Shown here in pieces: positions 25,720-38,100 of a stretch of 64,000 nt of DNA. The position numbers and the translations under genes are program-made. Numbering within the stretch: position 1 is the first letter of the stretch; each line of letters opens with the position of its first letter. The DNA is taken from the NCBI GenBank assembly GCA_052327205.1, contig CM126216.1:89280001-89344000 (forward strand). Direction: 5' to 3'. Origin of the DNA: Somniosus microcephalus. Its lineage: Eukaryota. The notes under the pieces are model-generated. The model searched no databases. It saw only the letters and a program-made list of their open reading frames with translations, and was not told the origin of the DNA.

Positions 25720-26830
25720 GAGAGTCAGGTGTCAAGGCACAAACTTACTCCAAGAAGACTACTTTCTCCAGGAAATTTCATTGAGGTCAAGCCCATACAC
25801 TAAATTCAGTCTCCAATTACACTAACTGCAACATCAATGAGAAGCAAAATTGCATTGCGCTGGCGCTACAGAAACAGTTAAATGCACCATTACAATATAT
25901 GCAGTCAAACTCAAGCAGTGCAAGACCACCCCCTCCAAGGAGTCTGATTCTACTTCTAGGCCCGGACACTGGATTTAGGGTGTATTTATAATACAACTAC
26001 ATCAGTAAAAAGTGGGTTTGCTTTACACTAATGCTGCAGTTACAGTGTAATGGAAGCCAAAATCAGTCACAGCCTGACCTGACATCAGAAGAAAATGGAG
26101 CGAGACACCTTGGAGGATGGAGTCGTACTCTGCTTTGGTGTCAATCTGGGCCTCAGCACCCGATTTACACTACACAAGTTTGTTAGTGCAAAGATGAAGT
26201 GGCTTCACACCAATGTTAAACTTGTAGGGTAAATGCACCCTTACACTGCCAGTTTTGCATTGGTGTGAAGTTAATGTGAATGCATCCTTATATTCCATAT
26301 GGTATCAGAGTCAAGCAGTGCAAGACTGTGCCTTCCAAGGAGTCTCACGGCTTCACTCTGCCATCAGGTTAGGCCTCAACTCTGAATTAAGGGTGCATTT
26401 TCGGTGCAAAATGAACCCATTTGCACTGATGCTGCAGTTACAGTGAGAATTTTTGGGGCCACCAGTGGGACCTCGCATGTAGTAGGTGGATCACCAGAAA
26501 ATCCCTGCAATTTTCTATTCAGTGAAATCAATGGATCAAAATCACAGGCTGCGCACTTGAGATTTTACAATAAGCCACCTGCTGCATACAAGGCCATGCT
26601 GGTGGAATGGGATCTTGGAAAATGTGGGCAGCGTGTAAATGCAGTCTGAATCTGCAGTCTGGGCTGGAACTAAAATTGGAGCAAAATGGAATGAGACTCC
26701 AAGGGAAGAAAGTCTTACTGTACATTGCTGTCAGTTCAGGCTTGGACACAATTTACACCACACAAATTTATCAGGTGAAGCCAATTCCATTTCACACCAG
26801 CACGAAACTAACAGTGTAAACGCACCCTGA
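25720..26830. repeat. Array of degenerate direct and inverted copies of an old MITE-like unit
   Basis: Repeated blocks tcaagcagtgcaagac..ccaaggagtct (25911, 26311) and atgctgcagttacagtg (26031, 26429). TIR-like agggtg(c/t)attt / aaa(t/c)gcaccct at 25977/26241 and 26390/26828. Confidence 0.65.
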
Positions 26831-27129
26831 AGGGACCATTCACAACAAAATCCAATCTGAGTTCATCATAATTCCTCGCACAGTGACTTTGCGCACGTTA
26901 ACATGATCATCCCAAGAAAGAGAAGTCCATGAAGAAGGATTTCGGATATGTTCAAAATTTTTATCCAGCATGGCCCCGCTGAACTTTGCTCTTTGGGGCA
27001 CCAACTGCAAAGACTGCATTTACGCTGTGGTTTGAGATCTGCAGTTCAGGTTTGAACCACCAGGTGCTGGGGTCAGTCAGTCAGGTCGAGAGATCAAATC
27101 CATCTACCATTGACCATACTCTCACACAG

Positions 27130-27833
27130 GAGATTGAGTTTCCGCTAGTATTAACAGCGCAAAACTGGCCAAACCAGCGCAAAAGATCAGGGAATTTTAA
27201 ACGCAAGTTACATCAAACATAAATTGAATTTCCGCAATCTTTAATGCTGGTTCAAAGTCATTTTGCTGAAGCCGGCCCCGCCCACACCCCAGATTGAAAT
27301 AATCAGCGAGTTTCCACCGATTGCACCCGTCTCAGTCGTTCGAGGAGGCTCTTTAAATTGAACTTGGTTTTTTATGCTGCACAGTCACTAGTAGGCATAT
27401 TTTAGAAGTTTTTACATATTAAATATTTAATTTACTAAGAAACTGATTAGTGTACACCAATGAAACCAGTAAATGGTTCAGTATAGTTTTTTTTACTCAT
27501 TTTCAGTGATAAAAAGGTTAGTCACAGATGCATGACTAGTCACGAATTAAAACTGCTTTTTTAGTGATAAACTCATTTTCAGCTGTAGTAATAACACTGC
27601 ACCAGGCTACCATTCTTAAATGTATCAATGAATATTTTTTAAATGCAAAAAAAAATACAATTACATTCTATTATGGTGACCGATTGCGCTGGTTCATGGA
27701 AGATTTTACATTTATCATGCAAATGAGTTCAGGCGGAAACTTGAACCATAACTTCACTTCGGAAAAACAGCGCAATTTCAAGCGCAATGCGTGTCTAGTT
27801 TCCCAATTGTGCCCAGAGCGGAAATTCTACCCC
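27130..27833. mobile_element. Older MITE-like element
   Basis: Imperfect TIRs gagattgagtttccgct / agcggaaattctacccc (13/17), with CpG-containing arms around an AT-rich core. No clear TSD. Confidence 0.55.
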
Positions 27834-27863
27834 ACCATCTTTAGTGTTGCTGCATTGGTGTGT

Positions 27864-28134
27864 CGTCGTCGTACGTGTCTTCATACTGTTCCCATACTGT
27901 TCCCTTTGGGGAACTGTATGAAGTGGTGGAAGGATTTCTGGCCGCGATTAACGCTCCTTCCGTAACCATCTTAGTACCAGCCATTAGGGTGGTTAGTCCT
28001 ATGGCGGGAGGGTTTTACGGGCTAGAGCCGGAGCTCCGACTCCACTTGCCGGGACTGTCTGGAGCGGGGTTCAAAACTCTATGCCTTCTGGCCCAGCGGC
28101 GGGGATGCTACCGCTATGCCAAAGGCCCACTCCC
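27864..28134 (-). mobile_element. Young 271-bp tRNA-derived SINE with (CGA)n tail and 11-bp TSD
   Basis: Perfect TSD CATTGGTGTGT at 27853-27863 and 28135-28145. Minus-strand head GGGAGTGGGCCTTTGGCATAGCGGTAGC (A box) with an imperfect B box gagttttgaacccc. Tail cgtacgacgacga. CpG-rich. Confidence 0.85.
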
Positions 28135-29110
28135 CATTGGTGTGTGAAAGTACAAGAGAAAGCTGCTGCAACTGTTGAGCTGAGGAAGTGACCCAATTGC
28201 AAGAGACTGGTGTGCTTCAAAGTTAGTCATTGTTAACTTTCCAGGTATAAACAGGACACATTCACTCTGGTGTAGAATTTCAATAAATACAAAAAGCTAA
28301 TTGTAAAATTAATCACAACATAGTTGTGCTATTGGGCAACTGATAAATCAAGATCCTTACAGAAACAAACACACAATTATTTCCACAGCTTCTTTGCAAT
28401 GTGTGAATTTGGGATAGAGCTTTCCCATATCAGTATTGATCATGAAATGTACCAATTCAAACCAAATACATTTGAATACCCTCCTGATTTCTACTGTTAG
28501 CATCAGTTCAGCTATTATTCAAACTTTGTCTAAAATTTCATAATAGAAATCACTATTTCTAAACTGGTTTTCAGTTTATATTTTTTATGCAAATAGAGTT
28601 GTCAAATATCTGGACAGTATACCTGGACAGTATAAGTAGACTATATCATGGGAAACAAAAGGACGATGTTAAGATATTCTAAAGTTTGGTTCTGCAGGAA
28701 ATGGCTAAACATTCTGCAGCTATTTCATGCCAAAGAAATATTTGTAGAGCTATTTTTGCTGGATAATATGACACAATGATTGTGTGTTTAATGAACTGGA
28801 GCATTTTGCAGCCAGGTCCCATTTTGAAGAACATTTCTCTCATACAGTCTGAATGCTCTTAGTAATGAGTAGTTGAAAATCAAAACCAGCAGAGCCAATA
28901 CACTGGTGGAGTAGGTTTGTGAAAAGAGATCCACACAATGGTGCACACATGTAAAGATGAGACTCTATATTTCAATGGGGATTTTAAATAGTCACAGTTG
29001 TGATCTCTCTGGGTGTTACTATAAAACAGTAATATATAGTCCATGTATGTTTTTAATTATATAGATTATAGTCTTTGTAAATCTGATAAACATTTCCCTG
29101 AAGGCTACAA

Positions 29111-29113
<3 letters not shown>

Positions 29114-29160
<47 letters not shown>
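29114..29160. repeat. Poly(T) tract, 47 nt
   Basis: Directly visible homopolymer in ALX4 intron 3. Confidence 0.95.
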
Positions 29161-29161
<1 letters not shown>

Positions 29162-32097
29162 AGTTAAATGTGCAGGGTTCTTTAGGATATTACATCCATC
29201 TTAGTCATGTTTTCCCTCACTAACGACCTGTTCGAACTTCTAAATTTGTACATAAAAAGAAACCATAAGAAACTTATGAGGAAAGCGTTTATGGTTGTGA
29301 TGCGCAGGGGAGATATCCCCCAGCCCAATCAAATGCATTAGGAGCCAGCAAAGTGCAAAATTTAAACTTTTCAAGATGCTGCAGCAGTCTGATTGACAGT
29401 CGATTCCCAGGGTTGGTGCAGACAGGGTAAAGAGCCATTTCGGCTAATGTAGGAACCATTTTATCGAGTTCGCTGGAGCAGGTGGGCTGACTGACATGTC
29501 CAGGGTGGCGACACTGGCTATTTTAGAAGCAACTTCTACTATTGGATACATGATTTGATCAGCAAATCCCATTTAGATGCCTGAAGATCGAGATGAACAA
29601 ATTCTGCGGCCATAAACAGAAAGAATCAAAGCGGGAAAAGCTGCCCACATTTTCAGATTAAGCATAATTAAAAATCACTGGAGTTGAATAAACACCTGCT
29701 AATGACCTTAACGGCATGTTTTATGTTTATTTAGTGCGGAGTTTGAGAGAAATGCGAGGAGGGATTTTGAAATGAGCTAAATCGAGACTGATTGCAAACA
29801 CTATTAAAATATATGGAGGAGCTGTGTTTATTTTTCCAGAGATACACGTAAAATAGGTTACTGCTCTAAAGTACAATGATTGACAAATGCAGAGTGTGTA
29901 ATGAGCTTTACTAAAGATGACCTAATGCTAAAAAAATACATGGTTTGGTTAGGTCGTTTACAAAACACTTTCGTTTATTTTACTCCCCCATATAAATTGC
30001 TGAGCCCACCCTATCATGATGAAGTTATAAACTGACATTTGTACAATTTGACATGCACACGGAACACTCAAACACCATTATTTAAAACCAAGTTTATATT
30101 GGCTCGTGTTATTTCGCAGAAATATATCTGATCACCCGTTATAAAGAAATTCGTTACCAAACCGGCGATCACAGTACAATGTCGAGCCCCGTTACATGAA
30201 AGCAATTTCTTCGATCATCATCCATTACACAGAGTAGGATCACTGGAGTTACAAGACGGTCCGCAATTAGCCACCAATGTGTAATCAAGGGAAAGTGCAA
30301 CTAAGTAAACTAGCAAACCAAGTAAATATTAAAGTTCCTACCCCCCCCCCCCCAAGCCGTACACAGCACACTTCAAATTAATTCATTTCAGGTCAAAGTT
30401 TACAATAGGAACAAAAGGCAAATACATTGGGAACTGTGAGGAATGCAAAGACCTTCAAACATCAGTACCAGGCCCAAATTGCATTCCTTCCCTAACACAG
30501 TCTCGTTGCACTTTACTCCCCTGCAAAGGCCCCATTTTTTCCCCAAAAAAATGCTGCAATAATGATTAAGACTTTTCTCTGTTGCTGGTCAAAATATAGT
30601 AATTTTAATACTTTTGCAAAATACGTTTTTATAATCGTTATTCGACAAAAATAATTCTATTTACTTCGGTGGTGACCAAGAGAATAGTCTGGACTAAAGA
30701 TTATTTCATAATTTCCTTCAGCACAGTCGCCTGGAAAATCAATAGGGACACCTGCAGCTCAGTGACCTGCAAGGATTGGTCACAAGTGGCTCTTGAGGCA
30801 AAGGCTGCATTATTTAAAAGCGCGATGGATAAAAATGAATATAATAAAAGTAGAAAAAGAGCAGGGACACGAGTTGAATGTGCATTGCTGTAGTGGAAGA
30901 GCTGCTGACGGGACGGGTGGGGTGGGCCGCTCCTTGTAGTGTTAAATTAAACTACCTGCGGCAGATTTCAGTCCCAGGCTAGTCCCCAATGACTAAACCA
31001 TTTCCTTTCTCCAAGCATTAACACGGGTTGCAGAAAGTCACATCGTTTAGCACTTTACCGGGTACCGTCAGATTAATCATTTGTTTATGCGTCAGGCACA
31101 AAGTCCCACACATGAACTCTTCATTAGAGGTGCTGATTTGCACCGAGAATAAATTATCTCAAACTACCCCCGTGCCACATTCCCCAGGTACCAGGTTCCA
31201 ACAACCTGTACAAGGCCAAATTCTTTCCTCCGGTTAATCCCGACAATGATTGATAGTTTACTTTACCAGTTACTGCCTCAAGAAAATTCCTGCCCCTCAG
31301 AGAGCCTTCAGGAAACAAGCCGCTTTTCGTCGCTTCCTTTCTCTGCTTTAATCATCGCCGTTTAAAGAGCTCCAGCATCACATTCCCAACCCTGCCTCCA
31401 CGCGGTAACGGCAATGGGGTGTACCAACCGGCTTTGAAAAAGAAACTCTCTTTATTGCCAAATCAGGTGCCCCACTGAATAACATGATGCTACCCGCCAC
31501 AATATACAACTGCGTATCAACCAATACTAGCGTCAAAGAGGAGCACTGATCAATCAATGGAAGTAATAGATCTCACCTGAATTCTCCTTATCCAGAGTGT
31601 AAAGCTAAATTGGTAATTACTGCCTTATTTTTCTAACATACTGTAGAGCCACGCGCCCAGGTGGCCCTGGAGATGGAGCACGCGCCACGCCTTCCGCAAC
31701 CGGTGGGCACCGCAGGGACTGGAGTGCATCACCACCCCCGGCCAACCAAATTTCAATTTAATTTGTTAAGTTTCATTTAATGTTTTATTAGTTACAGTTT
31801 ATTTGGTTTAGTGTGCATTAAAAGAGTACTGTAGCGCCAAAACAAAATAGCCAGACTATTTCAGTTACCAGGGAAACTTTAATCCCTCACTTGTGCTGTT
31901 GCTAATCAGGTTTGTGGTTTCTCCAAATTATTTGGATCTTCCAGTTACCCAATTGATTTTCAACAGAAAGGCTGAACAATTTAAATAGTAAACAATTAAC
32001 TCGCCTCTTTGAATTCTTACCTACACGTTGACAAGTGTTCGAATGAAAAATTAAGAGGAATACCAAATTGAAAAATAATATTTTAATTATTTACCAA

Positions 32098-32198
32098 CAA
32101 GGGTATTAAGGGTTAAGGAACCAAGGTGGGTAGATAATGGTGTGATTGAATGGTGGAACAGTCTGGAGGAACTGAATGGCCTACTCTTGTTCCTATGT
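32098..32198 (+). mobile_element. Short CR1 3' tail fragment
   Basis: aagggtattaagggtta...gaatggtggaacag...ctgaatggcctactcttgttcctatgt, homologous to the 3' UTR at 60810-60940. Confidence 0.75.
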
Positions 32199-33241
32199 AA
32201 ACCCCATCAGCACTTTCAGAAGCTTGTTGTGGAGAAATCTAACATTTTCATCTTCGTACCCTCCCCATCCCTGGAATGATATTCCTCTCTTGCTAGGATA
32301 CCAACACCAAGGCCACTTCCTGTTCTGTAGCTATATTGCATAAAATTTATAACATTTTGGTCATGAAGGCTAGATGGCACAGTACTTTGTAACAATGTCC
32401 TTTCATTCTTGGACCAGAACTTGAATCTAGTCCAGACTATGGGAATTAAACTCTCCCTTCTCTGCCAGTTTCTCCCTTCTCTGCCAGTTTCTATGAGGCA
32501 CATTTCCATAACACAAAATCAGGCAGTGTGGCAGGAACTGCAACCACATTTAATGAAACATATAAAAAAAATGTACTGCACCTGGAGGTCCTATATTACG
32601 ATTCAGGTTAAGGAACAAAGACTTCACCTAGCCCCATAATACTGACCCCAAGTACTGAAGGCAAGTGGAATAGTGCTCCACTCCCAATACCAACCTATAA
32701 TAGGAAAAGTGCTGCATATAAATCTCCATGTTGCGTTATGTCCTTTTTTAAACTTAGCTCATTAAAAAAGTCACAGACATCCTACACATGGACTTCACAC
32801 AGAGACAGGGTAATGCTACAGGCTCTATTTCTTCATAATGCATCAGCAATGGTTCTCAAAATACAAGGCAAGGGGATGTCAAACTATTCAAACCCAGTGC
32901 ACCTAGTGAGCATGTATATTTACCCGAAGATAATATAAAATGTGTAATATTTAGGTGAGCATGTCTTCCAAGATGGTGTTAAAAATTTATTAGAATTCTG
33001 CACTCCTAGAGTAAGCAGACTCTTAATAGTGGTAGAAGTGTTCCTTTGCAACAGACGTACTGCACATTGACTGTGATCCACACTAATAGGATGTTGAACA
33101 ACTAGTTTAAAAAAAGGATTATAAAGTATTAAAATAAAGTACACTTAAAAACTAACCAGAAGAAAAATAAGAGAGAAAAGAAAATCCAACGTGAATATTA
33201 TGTAGGTTGATTAACGTTTGGTCTGTTTATTTTTCTTCCAG

Positions 33242-33571
33242 ATACAAAACCCATCTTGGATCAGTAACAACGGTGCTTCCTCTCCGGTGCCAGCTTGTGT
33301 TGTGCCCTGTGAAACGGTAACATCTTGCATGTCCCCACATGCACACGCACATGCACATGCACCAGGTGGGGTGTCTGACTTCCTGGGTGTTTCTGCCCCT
33401 GGCAGCCATGTGGGACAGACACACATGGGTGGTCTCTTTGGCACTGCCGGGCTAGGGGCTGCCATCAACGCATTTGACATCAGTAATGAACCAGATCGAA
33501 AATCATCCAGCATTGCAGCCTTAAGAATGAAAGCCAAAGAGCACAGCGCCGCTATATCTTGGGCCACATGA
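33242..33571 (+). CDS. ALX4: ALX4 terminal coding exon 4, with OAR domain
   Basis: Polypyrimidine tract and ttccAG end at 33241. Encodes IQNPSW...[10 protein letters not shown]...[13 protein letters not shown]...[27 protein letters not shown] with TGA at 33569-33571. The OAR motif [12 protein letters not shown] and the ISWAT terminus are ALX4-typical. Confidence 0.97.
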   Translation: MQNPSWISNNGASSPVPACVVPCETVTSCMSPHAHAHAHAPGGVSDFLGVSAPGSHVGQTHMGGLFGTAGLGAAINAFDISNEPDRKSSSIAALRMKAKEHSAAISWAT

Positions 33572-35120
33572 CCGACATAACATTACATATTCAAACACTG
33601 AAAATAATACAATTATTACATAATGCTGGACTAAGGACATAACGCAACATGGAGATTTATATACAGCACTTTTCCTATTATAGGTTGGTAGGATTAGAAA
33701 TGAGGTTTACTTCAACTTAAAAATATTTATATTATACCCCCCTTACTGTACAAGAGCAACCCTGAAAACTATTCAAAATCCCAAGTTTCATTTGAAATTG
33801 ATATCCTTTTTAACAGGCAAGCTTATAAAAGTCTATGGTAGAATGGCATCTTTTCTTTTTAGGGCCAAATGTGTAATTAGAATTCACCAAACTCCAGAGG
33901 AAATTGCAGAGAGCTTTCAGTTTTACATAAAATTGTGTATAAGGGCAGTCGATGGGCTGAAGTTTAAAGCACATACTTATTTTATAGAATGGCTTGTAAA
34001 CTAATTTAAATGATTCTCCCACTGAATAGATGAACAAGACATTGTTCTGACAAGATCTTAATGACAAAAGGTAAACACATCCAGACTGTAATACCAATGA
34101 GTTATGATGCAAGAAAACCCCTTCACCTTGTCCTGCGTAGGTTTGAATTATTCCAATTAGATACTGAACATCCTGCAATTTTAGTAAACATATCAATTTA
34201 TTCTAATTTTCATAATTAAATGAACTTTTTTAACAAAGGTTTCTGAATACAAATTATAACCAATTTCTTTTTGTTTCTGCCAAACTACTTAGGTTTAAGC
34301 GATATTGGCTGCAGGGTCTGATGAGTGCCCCATATTGACTATGGTACAGCGACTAATTGGTTTCCTTGCCCCACTGTCAATCTATTAAGTTCATTTTGTT
34401 TTAATAGAACATTTTATTAAAGTAAACTGGATATCAAGTTCAAATCAATTAAGTAGTTAATCCTTTAAAAAATATTTACTTGACTTTAAACGTTAAAAAC
34501 CTATGTGTCTAGTCCTGGGCACTGACCTATAGTAGCAACAGTAGTTTAAGATCTTGCAGTTTACACAATTTAAAAAAAAAGACAAGTTAAGAAAACGTCT
34601 TACAAATAAACAAAAAAAAAATCTTTTTTATTGTGTAATATGCTAAGTATACCAAAAGTGAAATGTTATACAGTTTTAAATGTAATTATCTTTTGCAACA
34701 ATCACGCCCATTGTTATTACTTATACTACTGAAGCAGAAGGTTGAAGTTCAGAGTAATATATCTGTTTGGGTGTGTTGTGTACTTTTGCCGAGAGGAAGT
34801 CTCGAGAATATTACTGTTATAATTTGTTGTAAAATATTTTAACCTTGTAAACTCCTTTAGCTTTAATTGCCTTGTTTTAAATATAATTGTAGGAAAGGGT
34901 GCAAGTAGGTTACATTCAATAAAAAGTGTTACTGCATCCAAAGTAGTGTTCATCATTACTGTGAGAATTTAACAAACTCATAATTTGCCTGTGTTGTATT
35001 GTTTTATGAGTAAGTTATTGCACTTGGAATAATGTTTTGCATAGATGTAATTTCTTAGGAAACTGTAACAGAGTGGGTCAGAATGGCGTGTATTGTTTTG
35101 ACAGGTATAACCAATAACCC

Positions 35121-35126
35121 AATAAA
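35121..35126 (+). promoter_or_regulatory. Candidate ALX4 polyadenylation signal
   Basis: AATAAA about 1.5 kb after the stop, followed by a U/GU-rich tract (ttgtctttttcc). Other AATAAA at 34605 and 34918 are alternatives. Confidence 0.35.
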
Positions 35127-38100
35127 GAATTTGTCTTTTTCCTACTGAAGAAAAACGATTTTCTTTGCAAGGAATGGCGATGAAATGTGATCATGATAGC
35201 TCTGAAGTCTCACATTAATTGGAGTGGACAAAAATACCAACACTGCCCTTCTGAACTGCTGACAGAGTACAGAAAGGATTACAGAACTTATATTAACAAC
35301 AGGTGTCAGAAGATGTACACCAGTAACCCGGAATATAGTCACTTACAAAAACAGGCCTTCTCCAGAGGAAGTTAAACATAGTAACCTGCACCTATTAATA
35401 TTCCTTCTACATTCTTCACTTTTTAATAAACATTTGAAAGAAAATAATGTGTCTTCAACTGTACAATTTAAAGATGATCAATTTAAGAAATAAGGCGTAG
35501 TTCAAATTTGTCAACAATGCTGCAAACTACATTACGCATAAAAGAGAAAATGTAATTAATTTTGTTTTATTGCCTGCTTCACAAATTGATGGCAGATAAT
35601 TTCCTGTCAACACATCTGGAGTTGGGCTGCAAACTGCGTCAGCTGTAGCATTAATGTAAAGTAACATCTTGGTTAGGTTAGATTGGAGAAATACTTACAG
35701 GCCTGTGATTATCTTATAGTAAATGCATCCATTAGCTGGTCTAATCACAGAACTAACTTAATTACTGGGTGCAATATTAAGTGAATTTATTTAATAAATC
35801 ATTTACAGCTGGCCACTCAATGACTTACAGGAGACAGTTCTGTTCATTTATGAAATATGCACAACCAGTAATTTATATTTAACTAACAGGCACTAGTCAC
35901 AAATAACAAAGTACAATAAAATTACAATGACATTTGGCATAAATAAACTGCAAAATACAGACTGAAAATGATACAGGACCATACTGGAGATAGATTTTGC
36001 CATTCAGACGTGCAGAGACTGTATCAATGGCAGCAATGGATGATCTGTATGCTTTGTGAAGATGAAACCTGCAGTACAATTTTAGGATTCAATGTGGATC
36101 ATATATTTTATGCACCTATTCAATTTCCACAGAAAAAAAATGACTGAACCACTAATTATTTAATCTGATGTGTGTAAATGTCTAGCAAATCACTTGGTCT
36201 TAGTGTCAGGTCTGTTCTCAATCTTATAACTGAACAACTTTTGAGAATCGCCTACGAGTTCATGGTTTTTGCCTATTTGACACATCTAACTTGCGGTTGG
36301 ACGACTTTCTACTCTCTCCCCAAGTTCACCACTTCTGACAAGTGACAGGTGCAATCGTACATTCCTCATTGGCAACATCATCAGTATTTCTGTTTGAAGA
36401 TAGGATTAAATCAAGTCTTTACAAGATAGATAAAGATGAGGAAAGCCAATTGACCAATTTTAGCTCACCCAGAAAAAGCCTACCGAGTGTTTAAATTTTT
36501 TTTAGAGCCATATTTGTACAATGTGCTCAGTGCATTTTGCTTCAATGTCTTAATCATCTCTTTAATAGGATAGTTAGATTCCATACAAGTTCAAAATATG
36601 GGATTTTTTATCAGTAAGTCAGCCTTTAAAAAAAATAAAAACTATTTCCCTCCTACCCTGAAGATGCCAACTCTTGCTTGGCTACAGTTATGCCAACAGC
36701 CTTTTGTTATAATGGCTAACTGGCAATTCTTCATGCCTAAACGTGGACAACATGGCTCAGTAGGCCATTCATACAGGGTGGGCCTCACAGCAAGTTCCAA
36801 CAAATATACTTTCCTGCAGGCATCAACAGATAGGAACATGAACCTGGCTGATTTCCCCTCTCCTCAGCTTAGATCAATTGTAATGGGGTAATTATTGTTC
36901 TGGCTAAAATCAGCTAATTTGGTACAGAACAGGAATCAAAACTGCAACCATTTGGCCTGGGTGACTTTGTACTATACCAGGTGGTAACCCATTGGCTCAT
37001 CGGGGGAGCTTTATATGTCTATTAATTGTTGAGCACGATTGAATGTATATATCCGGGATTGGGATTTTATAAACATAGCTGCTTAATTTTGTGACATTTC
37101 AAACACCGCTTCTTATGCACAGTCTGCTAAATAAGGGGGTTAAATTGTCTAAACCACAGTATGAAATCCAGGCTATTATTAAAGATTTCATTGAATAATA
37201 ACTATAGTTCTTCAATAGGATTCAGAGAAAAATAGGATTCAGAGAAAAGAGTAATTGTAACAGTCAGGTATATAACTTGATTTTAGTGATACACATAGCA
37301 GAAAAAAGGACATTAAAAACAGATTCCTACAATTTGGCATTGGTTTGGTGAGGGGGCCATTTTTACTAAAATTCTGGAACAAATTCCTGTAAATGCAATT
37401 AGTTTTGTAATCAAAGAACTTGTAAACAGTGTCAGCAACTTTGTAAATATTTGTCTCTCCTAGCCAACAATTCTCCTTCAACCGCTGCCACCTAAAAACA
37501 GATGGGAGGTTAGTGGTGAAGAATGGCAGTTGTGTTTGCCTACATAAGTCACTGTACTTCAAAAAGTAGTTCATTTATGTAAAGTACTTTGACGTGTGAA
37601 TATGAAAGGAGATGTATAAATGCAAGTGGTTTTTATGCTACTAAAAGGGATGGAAATGCGTTAAGTTAACTGAAATGTTGTACAACTCATAATAGCAAGC
37701 TGCAAGCTCCCAGTATTTTCTTTTACATTGTTGCTAGCTAACATTCATATTATATTCACTATAAACTCAAGTTATGCAGGCACCTGTACTGCTGGTCACT
37801 GACGGTGGGACAACATGAAAATAACAACTGACAAAAGTTGTCTGATATAGGAATAATGTTCATAAAGCCAGTATATAAATATCAAAAACTGAGCACCAGA
37901 TTGACTCCACATTTTGACCCTTGTAATGCACGGTACGGATGGTATTGTTCTTCATTTGCCTTCAATGATTTTTACCCATTAATCGTCTCAGAAATATTGT
38001 GCACTACCCTGTCCTGTGACAGGAACACATTGTGCCTTGACACTACACGACAACTTTGAAACAAAAAATGAAACTCAGTTAACCTTAAACGCTTCCTGTA

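Noticed and set aside
33605-33615. TAAT-NNN-ATTA (P3) ALX-type sites suggesting autoregulation (also 1571-1581)
   Set aside because: A few such matches are expected by chance in 64 kb of AT-rich DNA, and one lies in low-complexity sequence.
35016-35026. TATTGCACTTG, matching the 5' end of miR-92
   Set aside because: The match stops after 11 nt and no precursor hairpin is visible.
37214-37247. Short tandem duplications (17-bp unit here; also about 28610-28633, 23122-23170 and 63871-63945)
   Set aside because: Ordinary slippage duplications with no spacer structure. They are not CRISPR-like and show no sign of function.
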